Positions 48,762-59,953 of a DNA stretch of 64,000 nt are shown piece by piece (the first letter of the stretch is position 1; each line of letters starts with the position of its first letter). Source of the DNA: Nitrospirota bacterium (GTDB lineage Bacteria > Nitrospirota > Thermodesulfovibrionia > Thermodesulfovibrionales > Dissulfurispiraceae); contig CAWBMP010000004.1 of assembly GCA_963790025.1 (NCBI GenBank), forward strand, positions 1,056,001-1,120,000, read 5' to 3'. Both the position numbers and the translations under genes were made by a program. Below the pieces are notes generated by a model, which saw only the letters and a list, made by a program, of their open reading frames with translations, was not told where the DNA came from and searched no databases.

Positions 48762-50693
48762 TTATTTTACTGTACCAATGAGAACGAGCGAAAACAGAAT
48801 AAACAGCCCTATCGCCATACTGATTGCATAGTGCTGCACATATCCGGTCTGCAGCTTTCTTAATCTTTCACTGAAATTTCCGATCATTCTGGGCACGCCA
48901 TTTACAATGCCTTCTATAATCGTGCCGTCCGTCACCGGCATAAGTATGCTGCTCGCCAACCACATCGTGGGCCTTATAATAATAAAATCATATAATTCGT
49001 CCACATAATATTTATTCCACAACACAGCATATATCCCGCTGAAGTTCTTGGCCAGGCTCTTCGGTATACCAGGCTTCAGCACATAAAATATCCATGAAAC
49101 AATTATGCCTCCGACAGCGCAGGCTATTGAAACAGCCATTACCATCTTCTCCTCTGCCTCGCCGGCATGGACGTGAGGATGACCAAGTACGGGCTGGAAG
49201 AAGTGGCCTATAAAATTGCCTCCGCCCAAGGTTTCAGGGATTCCTACCCATCCGGCAAATATCGACCCAACAGCGAGAATCATGAGCGGGATGGTCATTG
49301 ACTTTGGCGACTCATGAAGGTGATGCTCCTGCTCGTGAGTCCCCCTGAATTTTCCATGGAATGCCAGGAAAATAATCCTGAAGCTGTAGAATGCGGTAAG
49401 CGCGGCCACCAGAGTTCCCATGGCCCATACAATCCTGCCGATAGAACCGCCGTTATATGCAAGCCAGAGTATCTCATCTTTGCTGAAGAAGCCCGAGAGC
49501 CCGGGTATGCCTGCGATGCTCAATGAAGCAATCAGGAACGTCCAGTAAGTAACAGGCATATATTTCTTGAGTCCGCCCATCTTTTGTATGTCCAGTTCGC
49601 CTGACATGGCGTGCATGACGCTGCCGGCCCCGAGGAACAGAAGGGCCTTAAAGTATGCGTGAGTATACAGATGGAAGATACCAGCTCCATAAGCGCCGAC
49701 GCCGCACGCAAGGACCATATAGCCAAGCTGGCTTAGTGTGGAATACGCGATAATACGTTTTATATCATTTTGCACCAGCGCTATAGTAGCAGCAAACAGG
49801 CTCGTGACTGCGCCGGTAATCGCCACAACGCCCATGGCAACAGGCGACAAACTGAAAACGGGGTTGAACCTTGCCACCATGAATACGCCGGCGGTAACCA
49901 TAGTTGCCGCGTGTATCAGTGCGCTTACCGGTGTCGGGCCTTCCATAGCATCAGGCAGCCAGACGTGTAGCGGGATCTGGGCTGATTTGCCGACAGCGCC
50001 GCAAAACAGAAGCAGTGCGATAAGGGTTATAAGGTCTACATTGTATCCATAAACGGCTATCGTATGCCCCTGAAGCGTTGCGACCTTGCTGAATATGTCG
50101 GCGTAGTGGACGCTGCCCAGAGTCAGGAAGATCAGCATCACTCCCAATCCGAAGCCGAAATCTCCGAACCTGTTTACAATAAAGGCCTTTTTGCCCGCAT
50201 CGGATGCGCTCTTCTTCTCATACCAGAAACCGATGAGGAAATAGGAGCACAAACCCACTGCCTCCCATCCGAAATAAAGCTGGAGGAGATTGTTGGCAGT
50301 CACAAGCATAAGCATCGAAAATGTGAAAAGGCTCAGATAGGAGAAAAAGCGGTAATATCCGCCATCACCGTGCATGTAACCGACAGAATAAATATGGACA
50401 AGCAGGCTTATACTGGTCACTACGATAAGCATTATGGCGGTAAGCTGGTCTATTAAAAACCCTACGCTTGCTTTGAAAGTACCGGAGACGATCCAGGTGT
50501 AAACGTCCTGGTTGATGACCTTGCCGCCCATGACTTCAGCAAAAGTCATCACCGCAAGCGCAAAGGAGCCGAACACCGCGAGGATAGCGACCCAGTGTGC
50601 CTTGTCCTTAAAAATAGATTTCCCGAATAGAATATTTATGATAAAAGCTGCAAGCGGCAAGAGAGGAATTAAAATATACTGTTCCATTGTCAC
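48762..50693 (-). CDS. nuoL: NADH-quinone oxidoreductase subunit L
   Basis: [32 protein letters not shown]. Confidence 0.95.
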   Translation of the reverse strand: MTMEQYILIPLLPLAAFIINILFGKSIFKDKAHWVAILAVFGSFALAVMTFAEVMGGKVINQDVYTWIVSGTFKASVGFLIDQLTAIMLIVVTSISLLVHIYSVGYMHGDGGYYRFFSYLSLFTFSMLMLVTANNLLQLYFGWEAVGLCSYFLIGFWYEKKSASDAGKKAFIVNRFGDFGFGLGVMLIFLTLGSVHYADIFSKVATLQGHTIAVYGYNVDLITLIALLLFCGAVGKSAQIPLHVWLPDAMEGPTPVSALIHAATMVTAGVFMVARFNPVFSLSPVAMGVVAITGAVTSLFAATIALVQNDIKRIIAYSTLSQLGYMVLACGVGAYGAGIFHLYTHAYFKALLFLGAGSVMHAMSGELDIQKMGGLKKYMPVTYWTFLIASLSIAGIPGLSGFFSKDEILWLAYNGGSIGRIVWAMGTLVAALTAFYSFRIIFLAFHGKFRGTHEQEHHLHESPKSMTIPLMILAVGSIFAGWVGIPETLGGGNFIGHFFQPVLGHPHVHAGEAEEKMVMAVSIACAVGGIIVSWIFYVLKPGIPKSLAKNFSGIYAVLWNKYYVDELYDFIIIRPTMWLASSILMPVTDGTIIEGIVNGVPRMIGNFSERLRKLQTGYVQHYAISMAIGLFILFSLVLIGTVK

Positions 50694-50992
50694 CCCTTCA
50701 TTTCAATGATGTCGTCTGTGTGTATTGCAGCCTTGTTTCTAAACAGCGACACCAGTATCGCCAAACCGATCGCTGCCTCGGCCGCTGCAACGGTGATTAT
50801 GAAAAAAACCAGTATCTGGCCCCTCAGGTCCTGAAGGTAGTGGCTAAAAGTTACAAGGCTGATATTGACCGAATTCAGCATCAGTTCTATGGAAATAAGC
50901 ATAATGAGTATGTTCCGTCTGATCAGGAACCCGACAGCGCCGATGGTGAATATGACTGCACTTAACCCTATATACCAATTTAACGGTACCAT
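50690..50992 (-). CDS. nuoK: NADH-quinone oxidoreductase subunit K
   Basis: [26 protein letters not shown]. Confidence 0.95.
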   Translation of the reverse strand: MVPLNWYIGLSAVIFTIGAVGFLIRRNILIMLISIELMLNSVNISLVTFSHYLQDLRGQILVFFIITVAAAEAAIGLAILVSLFRNKAAIHTDDIIEMKG

Positions 50993-51000
50993 CTGTCCTC

Positions 51001-51507
51001 CTATGTCCTCCTCTTGGCCAGCACCAGGGCGCCGACGACTGCAACCAATAAGATAAGCGATGCTATTTCAAAGGGGAAAAGATATTCCGTATACAATACC
51101 CTGCCGATTGCCCTGGCATGAGTCTCGGCCTGGATAGCCTCTATTGTATACTTGCCGACCGGTCCCTGCGTTAGAGTGCTAAGAGCAAGGAAAAAGAGGA
51201 CAAGCATCGATCCCCCTACAAAAACCGCTATCGGCCACTCCCCCAGAAAGCGCTCGACCGTGACCTCTTTCTTCAGGCTAAGCATCATAATGACAAAAAG
51301 GAAGAGCACGAGTATTGCCCCGGCATATAATATCATCTGGACCGCGGCAAGAAATTCAGCGTTGAGAAATAAATAAAGTCCGGCAATATGAAAGAACAGA
51401 ACAAGCATCCACAGTATACTGTGTATCGGGTTCCGCCTCGTTATAATCAAAAGGGAAAGAACTACCATCACAATAGAAAAATATCCAAAAAACAGTTTAG
51501 GCAGCAT
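51001..51507 (-). CDS. nuoJ: NADH-quinone oxidoreductase subunit J
   Basis: NPIHS, AEFLA.VQ..LYAGAI, PFEIAS. Confidence 0.95.
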   Translation of the reverse strand: MLPKLFFGYFSIVMVVLSLLIITRRNPIHSILWMLVLFFHIAGLYLFLNAEFLAAVQMILYAGAILVLFLFVIMMLSLKKEVTVERFLGEWPIAVFVGGSMLVLFFLALSTLTQGPVGKYTIEAIQAETHARAIGRVLYTEYLFPFEIASLILLVAVVGALVLAKRRT

Positions 51508-52066
51508 TGCTCAACTCCTTCGGGATTTGTTTGGCGCCCCTGAATACCGCCTGGTCATCATGGGCTTCAAAGTCCTCGCTCTTGGGCCTCCAGAAACGTA
51601 GGTAGTATTCCACTCCCTTTTTACCAGCCATGTAATTGTCCCAGTTTGAAAGGAGTTTGTCCTTGTCCATAAAAAGGGCTTCCCGGGAGTAATCGGAATA
51701 CTCAAAATGCTCGGTGAGAGCTACCGCCTGGTAAGGGCATGCCTCCACGCAAAACCCGCAATAGACGCACCTGAGGACTTCAATCTCGTACCTGTCGACA
51801 ATCTTTGTATGGTCGGCGCCTTCACTGGTGTATACGTGAATACAGCGGGAGGGACAAACCGCCGAGCACAGGCCGCACCCCACGCACCTCGGGGAGCCGT
51901 CCGGTTTCCTTGCGAGGGCATGCAACCCGCGGAAGCCAGGCATTGCCGGCCGCTTTTCATCAGGATATTGCCTCGTCACAGGACGGGTAAACATCATCCT
52001 TAAGGTCAATCCCATGGCCTTCACAATTTCTAGCATGAAGAATTTTGTTGCGTATTTTCTTATCAT
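51497..52066 (-). CDS. nuoI: NADH-quinone oxidoreductase subunit I
   Basis: CVGCGLCSAVCP and CVYCGFCVEACP. Confidence 0.95.
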   Translation of the reverse strand: MIRKYATKFFMLEIVKAMGLTLRMMFTRPVTRQYPDEKRPAMPGFRGLHALARKPDGSPRCVGCGLCSAVCPSRCIHVYTSEGADHTKIVDRYEIEVLRCVYCGFCVEACPYQAVALTEHFEYSDYSREALFMDKDKLLSNWDNYMAGKKGVEYYLRFWRPKSEDFEAHDDQAVFRGAKQIPKELSNAA

Positions 52067-52093
52067 AATTTACTTCCTTCTCCGCTATCCTGC

Positions 52094-53110
52094 CTATACG
52101 GTCAGGAATTTCACAATGGACGTTACCACTATATTCAGCAGTGCCAGCGGCAGCAGCACCTTCCATCCCAACGCCATAAGCTGATCATACCTGTATCTGG
52201 GCACCGTTGCCCTGACCCAATAAAAAAGGAATATATGAAAATATACTTTCAACAGAAACCAGACTATGCCGGGAACAAGCAGAAGTGCAGGGACTGCGTT
52301 GGTAATAACAGGAGGCAATGTCCAGCCTCCCCAAAAACAGAGCACAGCCATGGACGACATGACAAGCATGCCCATGTATTCTGAAACGAAATACAGTGCA
52401 AAGCGAAATCCACTGTACTCGACAAAATAGCCTGCCACCAACTCGCTCTCAGCCTCGGGCAAATCAAATGGAGTTCTGTTGGTCTCGGCAAATGCGGCAA
52501 CCATGAAGACAAAGTAGCCGATAAACTGCGGGAAGAGGAACATGCCGAACCAGTACTGATGCTGTACCCTTACAATTTCTGAAATACTCAATGAGCCGGA
52601 AAGGAGCATGACGCCTATGAGACTCATGCCCATGGAGACTTCATAGCTGACAACCTGTGCAGACGCTCTTAAGCCGCCGAGGAACGAAAACTTTGAATTT
52701 GATGACCATCCTGCCATAACGACACCGTAGGCGCCCAGAGATGACATGGCGAGAATGTAAAGGACGCTTATATTTATATCGGCTACCACAAACCCATCGA
52801 AAAAAGGGAGCACAGCCAGGGAACTCATGGTGGCGAAAATAAATATGATGGGCGCCATCTTGAAGACAGCATGGTCGGATTCGGCGGGAATAATGTCCTC
52901 CTTGAAGAAGAGCTTTAGGCCGTCTGCAAGAGGCTGCAATAGCCCGTGCGGCCCGACTCTCATTGGTCCCAGCCTTACTTGCATATGACCGATGACTTTT
53001 CTTTCAAAATAGGTGCAATACATGACGTGTACCATCGCCACGCTGATGACAGCAACAATTTTTAAAAGTATCATGACAAATGGCATTATGGTCTCAAAAT
53101 TCACTGACAC
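52094..53110 (-). CDS. nuoH: NADH-quinone oxidoreductase subunit H
   Basis: ERKV.GHMQ.RLGP, AETNRTPFDLPEAESELV; GTG start after GGAGG. Confidence 0.95.
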   Translation of the reverse strand: MSVNFETIMPFVMILLKIVAVISVAMVHVMYCTYFERKVIGHMQVRLGPMRVGPHGLLQPLADGLKLFFKEDIIPAESDHAVFKMAPIIFIFATMSSLAVLPFFDGFVVADINISVLYILAMSSLGAYGVVMAGWSSNSKFSFLGGLRASAQVVSYEVSMGMSLIGVMLLSGSLSISEIVRVQHQYWFGMFLFPQFIGYFVFMVAAFAETNRTPFDLPEAESELVAGYFVEYSGFRFALYFVSEYMGMLVMSSMAVLCFWGGWTLPPVITNAVPALLLVPGIVWFLLKVYFHIFLFYWVRATVPRYRYDQLMALGWKVLLPLALLNIVVTSIVKFLTV

Positions 53111-53156
53111 GCTGATACCTCCGCAGTAATACAATTTTGCGTCACGAGCAATTCAA

Positions 53157-54353
53157 TTACCTGTCGATTTCGCCCAGCACTATATCTAAAGTGCCGACGT
53201 TTGCAACAAAGTCCGCCACCATTGCGTCCTTGCAAAGAAGAGGCAGTGTAGACACATGGACGAAAGAGGGCGATCTCAGCCTCATCCTATATGGTTTTCC
53301 GCTTCCATCGCTGATGAAATAGAAGCCAAGTTCACCCTTCGGGACTTCTGTTGCCGCGTATATTTCACCTTGAGGCGCTGCTATAGGGCCCTTGGTAATC
53401 AAAACAAATTGGTGGATAAGCGATTCCATATCGGCCAGCACCCTGTCTTTGGCCGGTAAGGTGAATTTGGGCGCATCAGGCGCCATTATGGCCCCTTTGG
53501 GCAGTTGTTCTATGCACTGTCTAATGATCATGTTTGACTGTTTCATCTCTTCCATTCTGCAAAGATACCGGTCATACACATCGCCGTTTTTTCCCAGGGG
53601 CACATCGAATTCCACTTTGTCGTACGCATCATATGGGGCAAACTTCCGCAAATCGTAATAAACGCCGGAGCCGCGGAGGTTGGGACCGGTCATCCCCCAA
53701 CTCATTGCTTCTTCTGCAGTTACCACTCCGACGCCTATTGTCCGCTGTTTCCATATCCTGTTTTGATTCAGCAGGGTCTCATATTCCCGTTCTATGGTCG
53801 CCTCGAACGTATCCGTAAATGCATATAACTTGTCGAGAAACTCCTGGCTGACATCGTTTCTTACACCACCTATTCTCGGATAGCTTACCGTGAGTCTTGC
53901 GCCGCAGAGCATCTCGAACAGGTCCAGCAGGGTTTCCCTGTCTCTGAAAGAATACAGGAAGAGAGTCATAGCGCCGATGTCAAGGGCATGCGTCGCGACG
54001 CCGATTATGTGGCTGCTGATCCTCGCCATTTCGCAGGTCATTGTCCTGATGTATTTGGCCCGCTCAGGCACCTCGATGCCGAAAAGCTTTTCCACGGCAA
54101 CGCAGTATCCCACGTTATTGCACATGCTGGCAATATAGTCGAGCCTGTCCGTCAATGGCAACGCGGAAAGGTATGTCATGTTTTCGGCAAGCTTCTCTAT
54201 GCCCCTGTGAAGGTAGCCGATATGTGGAGTGCACTTCACTATGCTTTCGCCGTCGAGTTCGAGTACCACTTTAAGCACGCCGTGTGTCGCCGGGTGCTGA
54301 GGCCCCATGCTGATGGTCAAATTCTTTGTCTTCATTTCATTCGCGGTCGGCAT
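53157..54353 (-). CDS. nuoD: NADH-quinone oxidoreductase subunit D
   Basis: [29 protein letters not shown]. Confidence 0.96.
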   Translation of the reverse strand: MPTANEMKTKNLTISMGPQHPATHGVLKVVLELDGESIVKCTPHIGYLHRGIEKLAENMTYLSALPLTDRLDYIASMCNNVGYCVAVEKLFGIEVPERAKYIRTMTCEMARISSHIIGVATHALDIGAMTLFLYSFRDRETLLDLFEMLCGARLTVSYPRIGGVRNDVSQEFLDKLYAFTDTFEATIEREYETLLNQNRIWKQRTIGVGVVTAEEAMSWGMTGPNLRGSGVYYDLRKFAPYDAYDKVEFDVPLGKNGDVYDRYLCRMEEMKQSNMIIRQCIEQLPKGAIMAPDAPKFTLPAKDRVLADMESLIHQFVLITKGPIAAPQGEIYAATEVPKGELGFYFISDGSGKPYRMRLRSPSFVHVSTLPLLCKDAMVADFVANVGTLDIVLGEIDR

Positions 54354-54890
54354 CTATCTAACCTCGTAAGCTTTATTCTTTTCTGCCAGTGCCACAACCT
54401 CTTTATATCCTCGCCATTCCTTTTCGCCCAGGTCGCTCCTGAGCGGATAGTCTTTTCTCAGAGGATGCCCTTCCCAGTCCTCGGGCAAGAGGACACGCCT
54501 CAGGTCGGGATGGCCGTTGAAAGTGATGCCGAACAGGTCAAAACATTCGCGTTCATGCCAATTAGCTCCGGCCCAAATGCCGACGACACTGTCAATCGAA
54601 GCATCATCTTCAGCCACTTCAGCCTTGAGCCTTATCATGTGCCGGTGCTCGAACGAGTAAAGATGATACACCACCTCGAACCTCGGCTCCTTTTTGCCAA
54701 AATAATCTACTCCGCAAAGGTCCTCAAGAAAATTGAAATTCAGTTCCGGGTCCCCGTGCAGGTACTGCATTATTTCCTTGATCCTGTCTTTCTTCAGCAC
54801 CACGGATACCTGTCCGCGAAATTCGATTATTTCCTTTACTTCTTCGGCAAATTTCTCTTTTATCTTTTCAGCAATACCTATTGGTTCCAT
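54354..54890 (-). CDS. nuoC: NADH-quinone oxidoreductase subunit C
   Basis: ANWHERECFDLFGI.F.GHPDLRR..LP..WEGHPLRKDYP. Confidence 0.96.
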   Translation of the reverse strand: MEPIGIAEKIKEKFAEEVKEIIEFRGQVSVVLKKDRIKEIMQYLHGDPELNFNFLEDLCGVDYFGKKEPRFEVVYHLYSFEHRHMIRLKAEVAEDDASIDSVVGIWAGANWHERECFDLFGITFNGHPDLRRVLLPEDWEGHPLRKDYPLRSDLGEKEWRGYKEVVALAEKNKAYEVR

Positions 54891-54899
54891 ATCAAGTTC

Positions 54900-55427
54900 C
54901 TATCTCCACATGCTCCACTTAAAGTGTTCTTTTTTCATCTTTTCCTGAAGCTTGATAATTCCCTGCATAAAGGCTTCGGGTCTCGGGGGACAACCCGGTA
55001 TGTAAACATCCACCGGCAAAAAGGTATCAACCCCCTGAACAGTGCTGTATGTGTCGAACACGCCTCCGGTGCATGCGCAACTACCCATCGCTATTACATA
55101 CCTGGGCTCGGGCATCTGGTCATAGACTGTTCTTATAACAGGGCACATCTTTTTGGTAACGGTGCCGGCAATGACAATGCAATCCGACTGCCTTGGCGAC
55201 GCCCTGAAGATTATTCCAAACCTGTCTAAATCGTAGTGTGATGATCCCGTGGTCATCATTTCAATAGCGCAACAGGCCAGTCCAAAGGTCATGGGCCATA
55301 ACGATCCTACTCTTGCCGCGTTCACGAGCTTGTCTATCGTCGTTATCAGGGCGTTTGTTCCGGGGATTACCCGTATCCCTTTTTCAATTTCGATCAACTC
55401 AGAAGTATTTTCCACTGCCATTGCCAT
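54900..55427 (-). CDS. nuoB: NADH-quinone oxidoreductase subunit B
   Basis: [25 protein letters not shown]. Confidence 0.96.
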   Translation of the reverse strand: MAMAVENTSELIEIEKGIRVIPGTNALITTIDKLVNAARVGSLWPMTFGLACCAIEMMTTGSSHYDLDRFGIIFRASPRQSDCIVIAGTVTKKMCPVIRTVYDQMPEPRYVIAMGSCACTGGVFDTYSTVQGVDTFLPVDVYIPGCPPRPEAFMQGIIKLQEKMKKEHFKWSMWR

Positions 55428-55441
55428 GTGCCCTTACCTCC

Positions 55442-55825
55442 TCAATCCCATTCAAATGCTTCTTTTTGCCAGGCATAGACATAGCCTACTACCAGGACCG
55501 CTATGAAAAGCAACATTTCTATCAAAGCGTAGATACCGATTTTATCATATACAAGTGCCCAAGGATACAAAAAAACAGCTTCAACATCGAAGATAACAAA
55601 AAGCATTGCAATTATATAAAACCTGACATTGAATTGCTGTCTGGGTTCCCCGATCGGCGGGTTTCCTGATTCATAAGGCGTAAGTTTTTCCCGGTAAGTC
55701 CTTTTCAGTCTGAACAAAGTGCCGATCAGCAACATCACAATGCCAAATAAAAAGGCAATTATCATAAATATCAATACTGGAAGATATTGCGTGGGAATAT
55801 AACTGCCCGGAATTATTGGATTCAT
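55442..55825 (-). CDS. nuoA: NADH-quinone oxidoreductase subunit A
   Basis: PYESG, FY..AMLFVIFDVE..FLYPWA. Confidence 0.96.
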   Translation of the reverse strand: MNPIIPGSYIPTQYLPVLIFMIIAFLFGIVMLLIGTLFRLKRTYREKLTPYESGNPPIGEPRQQFNVRFYIIAMLFVIFDVEAVFLYPWALVYDKIGIYALIEMLLFIAVLVVGYVYAWQKEAFEWD

Positions 55826-56022
55826 ATTTACCTTTACCCCTCTGATATAGACTTATTTGATCTGCTGTCTTTTACTACACCAAATTGTCATTTATACCTT
55901 ACCTAACGATAGATTGTCAAGCAAATGGCTATTAAAGATAGCAATACTCGGATTAATGATCGAAATACCGGGCCAAACAACGAGAAGGCGCGCTTTGGAA
56001 ATCTTTTATTATCATAAACTTC

Positions 56023-57762
56023 TCAATTTTTCTTTAATTTTACCATCACTTCATTCCCATTCCCGATAACCACAGGCTCCTGCTCCACTCCTAAAAGCCT
56101 GCCAGCCATGTAGGGAACTTTGTCTTTTAAATAATCTTTCATCTCACGGACGGTTATCTTCCCGTCTTTGTTAGCGTCAGCCCCGCCCTGTATCCCCTTG
56201 AGGAAATAATAAGTAAAGAGCGAGTGTCTTTTCTCAGGATACCATGCCGATACCTGGTCCACTGCCCCGCTTGTTATGATAATAGCGTTGGCAGGCCCCC
56301 GGTACTCTTTTTTTACCTTCACGATCGAAGGGCTGATGTCTGTAAGAAGCGTACCCTTTTCATAGTTGCCCGAAAAGCACGAATCCAAAACTATGGTCAT
56401 CTTCTTTGCTGGTATCTTTGAGAGGTTGTCGTAGAAGGTCTGGAGCATGTACCCGTTGTTCCTGATAAATTTGGGGTTGGCATCAACAGGCACGAAATAC
56501 GCCTCAGCGGAATCAAGGTCAGGTGCGCCGTGTCCGACGTAATAGACAAACACCTTTGACTTTCCGGGTTTAACAAACTGGAAGAGCCTGCCTTTGTAGT
56601 CCCGTTCGGAACCGAAAATCTCGCTGAATTTGGCAAAAGTGGCATCTTCCGCATATATGACATTTTTAGGGTCGAAGCCGAAGGTCTGGACTACATATTC
56701 CTTCATTATTCCCGCGTCCCTGTCAGCGTACTCGACATCGGGAGATCCTGAAGCCGAATAATGCTTGTTGCCGATTATGACCGCTACGTCGTAATTGCCT
56801 GCCTTTTCGCCTTCCGGGATATTAATGTCTACGTCCACACTCAGGCCGGTTGCAAGCCGGATGTAAGGCTTTCTTCCAGTCTCTAATCCCTTCACTATTG
56901 TCTCAGCGGTCTTTTTCTGCGGAGCATTCATTAAAAGTGAGAGAGGATAAGACACCCCGAATTGAGTCCTGCTCTCATTGATGTCTATAATGATAGGAAT
57001 ATTCTCTCCGCTTTTGATGCGGTTGTTCGTATAGAACATAAATTTAATGTCCCTGTACTTTCCCGCCTGCAAGTCACCTAGAGCAAAATGTGCATTGCTG
57101 TTTCCGGCAATAAAGACATTCTCTCCCAACTTTACGTCAGCAGTCACATTACCGGCGTCTCCGTAGCCAATGTTCTGGATCCTTACGGTGATCCCAACTA
57201 TCTCCATGGGCTGGACCCTGTAACTCTTGTTCTGGTCCTCTATTCCGATGTCTGCGACAACCAGTTTCGGGGGCTCAAATGCTTTTGTCTTAAATACTAC
57301 CTTTAGCGGAGAGGCATCAAATCCGCTAGATTCTTTGACCACTATATTGAAGCTCAGGTCCCCGGTCGGCAGTTCCTCCGTCGCCCTTAATTTGACCTCT
57401 TTTGACACGCTCCCGCCAGCTGCTATTGTGCCGAATGATATCGTTTTGTCATAAAAAAGACCTTCTGTCCGCTTGTTTGCGCTTATTTCAGCCACGACGT
57501 CGAAGGCATCTCCCTTTCCGTTGTTCTGCACATTGATGATAAGCTTGCCTGTCCCGTTAGCATAAAGTATGTTGTTGCCGGAAGGTTCATAAAACAGCAC
57601 AGATGCTGAAAGGGCCGGAGGTTGAGGGTATACATTCACCTTGATAGTACCCTGTTCTGCAAAAACCGAAGAGGCAGCAAACAAAAAGTAAAAGGTAAGA
57701 AGTAAAAAGTAAAAAGTTACGGCTGCATATCTGATCAGTAAGTTAAATTTCGTTTTAACCAT
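56023..57762 (-). CDS. Secreted caspase-family (peptidase C14) protein with Ig/CARDB-like N-terminal domains
   Basis: Signal peptide; N.G.GDA repeats; AVIIGN, YYVGHG and LDSCFSG catalytic His/Cys motifs. Confidence 0.85.
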   Translation of the reverse strand: MVKTKFNLLIRYAAVTFYFLLLTFYFLFAASSVFAEQGTIKVNVYPQPPALSASVLFYEPSGNNILYANGTGKLIINVQNNGKGDAFDVVAEISANKRTEGLFYDKTISFGTIAAGGSVSKEVKLRATEELPTGDLSFNIVVKESSGFDASPLKVVFKTKAFEPPKLVVADIGIEDQNKSYRVQPMEIVGITVRIQNIGYGDAGNVTADVKLGENVFIAGNSNAHFALGDLQAGKYRDIKFMFYTNNRIKSGENIPIIIDINESRTQFGVSYPLSLLMNAPQKKTAETIVKGLETGRKPYIRLATGLSVDVDINIPEGEKAGNYDVAVIIGNKHYSASGSPDVEYADRDAGIMKEYVVQTFGFDPKNVIYAEDATFAKFSEIFGSERDYKGRLFQFVKPGKSKVFVYYVGHGAPDLDSAEAYFVPVDANPKFIRNNGYMLQTFYDNLSKIPAKKMTIVLDSCFSGNYEKGTLLTDISPSIVKVKKEYRGPANAIIITSGAVDQVSAWYPEKRHSLFTYYFLKGIQGGADANKDGKITVREMKDYLKDKVPYMAGRLLGVEQEPVVIGNGNEVMVKLKKN

Positions 57763-57808
57763 AGTTTGGGCACCATGAATGCTAACGTCTGTTAATACTT
57801 ACCACTTT

Positions 57809-58633
57809 TTACTTGACATTCACCACTTCATATGTGAGTATGACATTTTCGGCACAATCTGCAATATCCGAGTATTTCCTGAAAAATTCGGTGACGCTCA
57901 TGATTTCGTATGGGCTGAAGATGTCGATGAAGTCTTTGGGGCAGCTTTCGTCGAGTGCCGCGATAAAAAACGCCTCGTCATCTCTCCTGTGCCCATCGAG
58001 GGTATGCATGATCAGTTCGGTCTTGGTGTCTCTATCAGGAAAGACCAGTCTCCTTTCTCTTGAGATACTGTTCTCTTTGTCATAGCCGTTCGGGAAAACC
58101 ATAACAACCTTGTCGTCTGCCGTCATATTGAAAATTCCGATCTTTGCACTCCCGCCGCTATCGATTTCTACTACAGCCTTGTCACCATTTTTGTAAAGAA
58201 CACTGTTAGTCTTTGCCCGGAGCCCCAAAGGCCTGATACTCGGTTCAGAGACTCTTACATCAGCAATGATTCTGACCCGGTATTCTGGGATTGGCGGCTC
58301 TGACAGGTCTTTTTGATACTGGCCCAGGGGCAGCCATTCGACTTTTTCATGAACAATAAATCCCCTGGAATATGTCTTTATAAATTCGGCGGTAAGGACC
58401 ATATTGGTAACAAGAGAACCGGAGGCTACAACCGTTCCAACGACCTGTTCAATTGCCGAGGCCCTTGCCCTCTGAAGCGCTATCAACTGACATTGTTCGG
58501 CGCTCATTCCCACAATTGCGCATGAGCCTTCGGCCACAACCTTTTCAACTGTACCGGCACAGCAGAGGTTTGACGCCTGGATCATTAAAACCAGTAAAAA
58601 TAAAATTATTGCAGCTATGCGAAACATTTTCAT
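57809..58633 (-). CDS. Secreted protein with FlgT/LPP20-like N-domain and DUF4384-like C-domain
   Basis: Signal peptide; ALQRARASAIEQVVG; Y.NGD....FNMTADDKV.MVFPN. Confidence 0.6.
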   Translation of the reverse strand: MKMFRIAAIILFLLVLMIQASNLCCAGTVEKVVAEGSCAIVGMSAEQCQLIALQRARASAIEQVVGTVVASGSLVTNMVLTAEFIKTYSRGFIVHEKVEWLPLGQYQKDLSEPPIPEYRVRIIADVRVSEPSIRPLGLRAKTNSVLYKNGDKAVVEIDSGGSAKIGIFNMTADDKVVMVFPNGYDKENSISRERRLVFPDRDTKTELIMHTLDGHRRDDEAFFIAALDESCPKDFIDIFSPYEIMSVTEFFRKYSDIADCAENVILTYEVVNVK

Positions 58634-58737
58634 CGCCGAAAAACTCCCCCCCATCTGTATATAAAGTATATCAGTGCTTTCAAGTATCTGTATATATCCT
58701 TGTTCTTTACCGCAGAAGTGCAGTAAAATCAACGTAT

Positions 58738-59532
58738 ATGGATGTCCTAACCGCTATAATCGAAAAGAAAGCTGAACGCCTGGTACACTCAAAAAGCATT
58801 GTTTCGTTGCAGGATTTAAAATGCGCCATTGCAGATGCCGATAATAAAAGCCGGGACTTCAAGACTGCTTTAAGCGCTGAAAGGGGAGAGATAAAGCTTA
58901 TTGCCGAACTGAAAAAGGCCTCTCCGTCAAAAGGAATCATACTACCCGATTTCGATCCCGCGTCAATTGCGTCGCTGTATGAAAGAAAGCCGGTCAGTGC
59001 CCTCTCTGTCCTCACTGAAGAAGACTTTTTCCAGGGCAGCCTCTCGTACCTGGGAACAGTGAGAAATGTTGCTTCAAAACCCGTTTTGAGAAAAGATTTC
59101 ATTTTTGATGACTATCAGATATATGAATCAAAAGCGAACCATGCGGATGCTGTGCTGCTTATTGCCTCTGTTTTGGGGAGAAACCAGGCACAGGAATATC
59201 TTCATTTGTCCGGCGAACTAGGTCTGGGAGTGCTTTTTGAAGTTCACAATGAAGAAGACCTTGAAAAGGCCCTCCTGGTAAAGGCTGATATTATCGGCAT
59301 AAACAACCGCGACCTTAAGACATTAATAATTGACCTTTCGACAACGCTGCGGCTGAAAAAGGACATACCTGAAGACCGCATCATAGTTAGCGAAAGCGGT
59401 ATCAGGAACAGAGATGATGTTGTAACACTTATAGATGCCGGTATTGCAGCAATACTTGTAGGCACCTCGCTGATGGCAGCCAGGGACATAGGGGCAAAAA
59501 TCGATGAACTCATGGGGATCAGTAAGAAGTAG
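58738..59532 (+). CDS. trpC: Indole-3-glycerol phosphate synthase
   Basis: IAELKKASPSKG, SVLTE..FF.GS, LRKDF, GINNRDL, VSESGI; start moved to ATG 58738. Confidence 0.96.
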   Translation: MDVLTAIIEKKAERLVHSKSIVSLQDLKCAIADADNKSRDFKTALSAERGEIKLIAELKKASPSKGIILPDFDPASIASLYERKPVSALSVLTEEDFFQGSLSYLGTVRNVASKPVLRKDFIFDDYQIYESKANHADAVLLIASVLGRNQAQEYLHLSGELGLGVLFEVHNEEDLEKALLVKADIIGINNRDLKTLIIDLSTTLRLKKDIPEDRIIVSESGIRNRDDVVTLIDAGIAAILVGTSLMAARDIGAKIDELMGISKK

Positions 59533-59630
59533 GCAGTAAGCAGCAAAAGACAAACAAAAAAGGTAAGCAGTCATCGGTAGAGTGTATCTTCCAGTTTTTG
59601 CCGTTTCTGCTTACTGCCTACTTCTTACTG
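59520..59630. terminator. Perfect 24-bp inverted repeat built of heptamer units between convergent trpC and HNH genes
   Basis: CAGTAAGAAGTAGGCAGTAAGCAG (59520-59543) / CTGCTTACTGCCTACTTCTTACTG (59607-59630). Confidence 0.55.
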
Positions 59631-59647
59631 CTTACTTTCTTTGCTGC

Positions 59648-59953
59648 CTACTTTTTAATGTTTTGATGCAGATACTCTTCCCATTCCATGGGGAAAAGAT
59701 ACTTCTTTTTATTGTTGCAGGTTTTGCATGCAGTGACAATATTGCTCTTTACTGATTTGCCGCCGCGGACAAGCGGCACTATGTGGTCCATGGTCAGCAG
59801 TTTTGCGTGGACCCTGGAATTGCAGTAGTAGCAAGTGCCGGCAGCACGCTTCCTTTTCCACCAGGTGCTCTGGCGGAGTTCGCGAGCAATGCTCCGCTCT
59901 TTTTTGATTTCGACCTCTGTTACAACAGAAGTAAAAGGAGTGTTATGCGTAAT
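59648..59953 (-). CDS. HNH endonuclease-family protein (non-canonical ATT start; absent from the ORF track)
   Basis: Manual translation: ...WWKRKRAAGTCYYC...LTMDHIVPLVRGGKSVKSNIVTACKTCNNKKK...*. Confidence 0.8.
   Translation of the reverse strand: MTHNTPFTSVVTEVEIKKERSIARELRQSTWWKRKRAAGTCYYCNSRVHAKLLTMDHIVPLVRGGKSVKSNIVTACKTCNNKKKYLFPMEWEEYLHQNIKK

Noticed and set aside
53988..55229. 413-aa plus-strand ORF
   Set aside because: Antisense shadow of nuoB/C/D with no recognisable motifs.
58453..58737. N-terminal extension of trpC (similar extensions for rbr, rpsF, secretin 2, major pilin, xre)
   Set aside because: Longest-ORF artefacts; downstream ATGs fit family N-termini and, in most cases, RBS positions.
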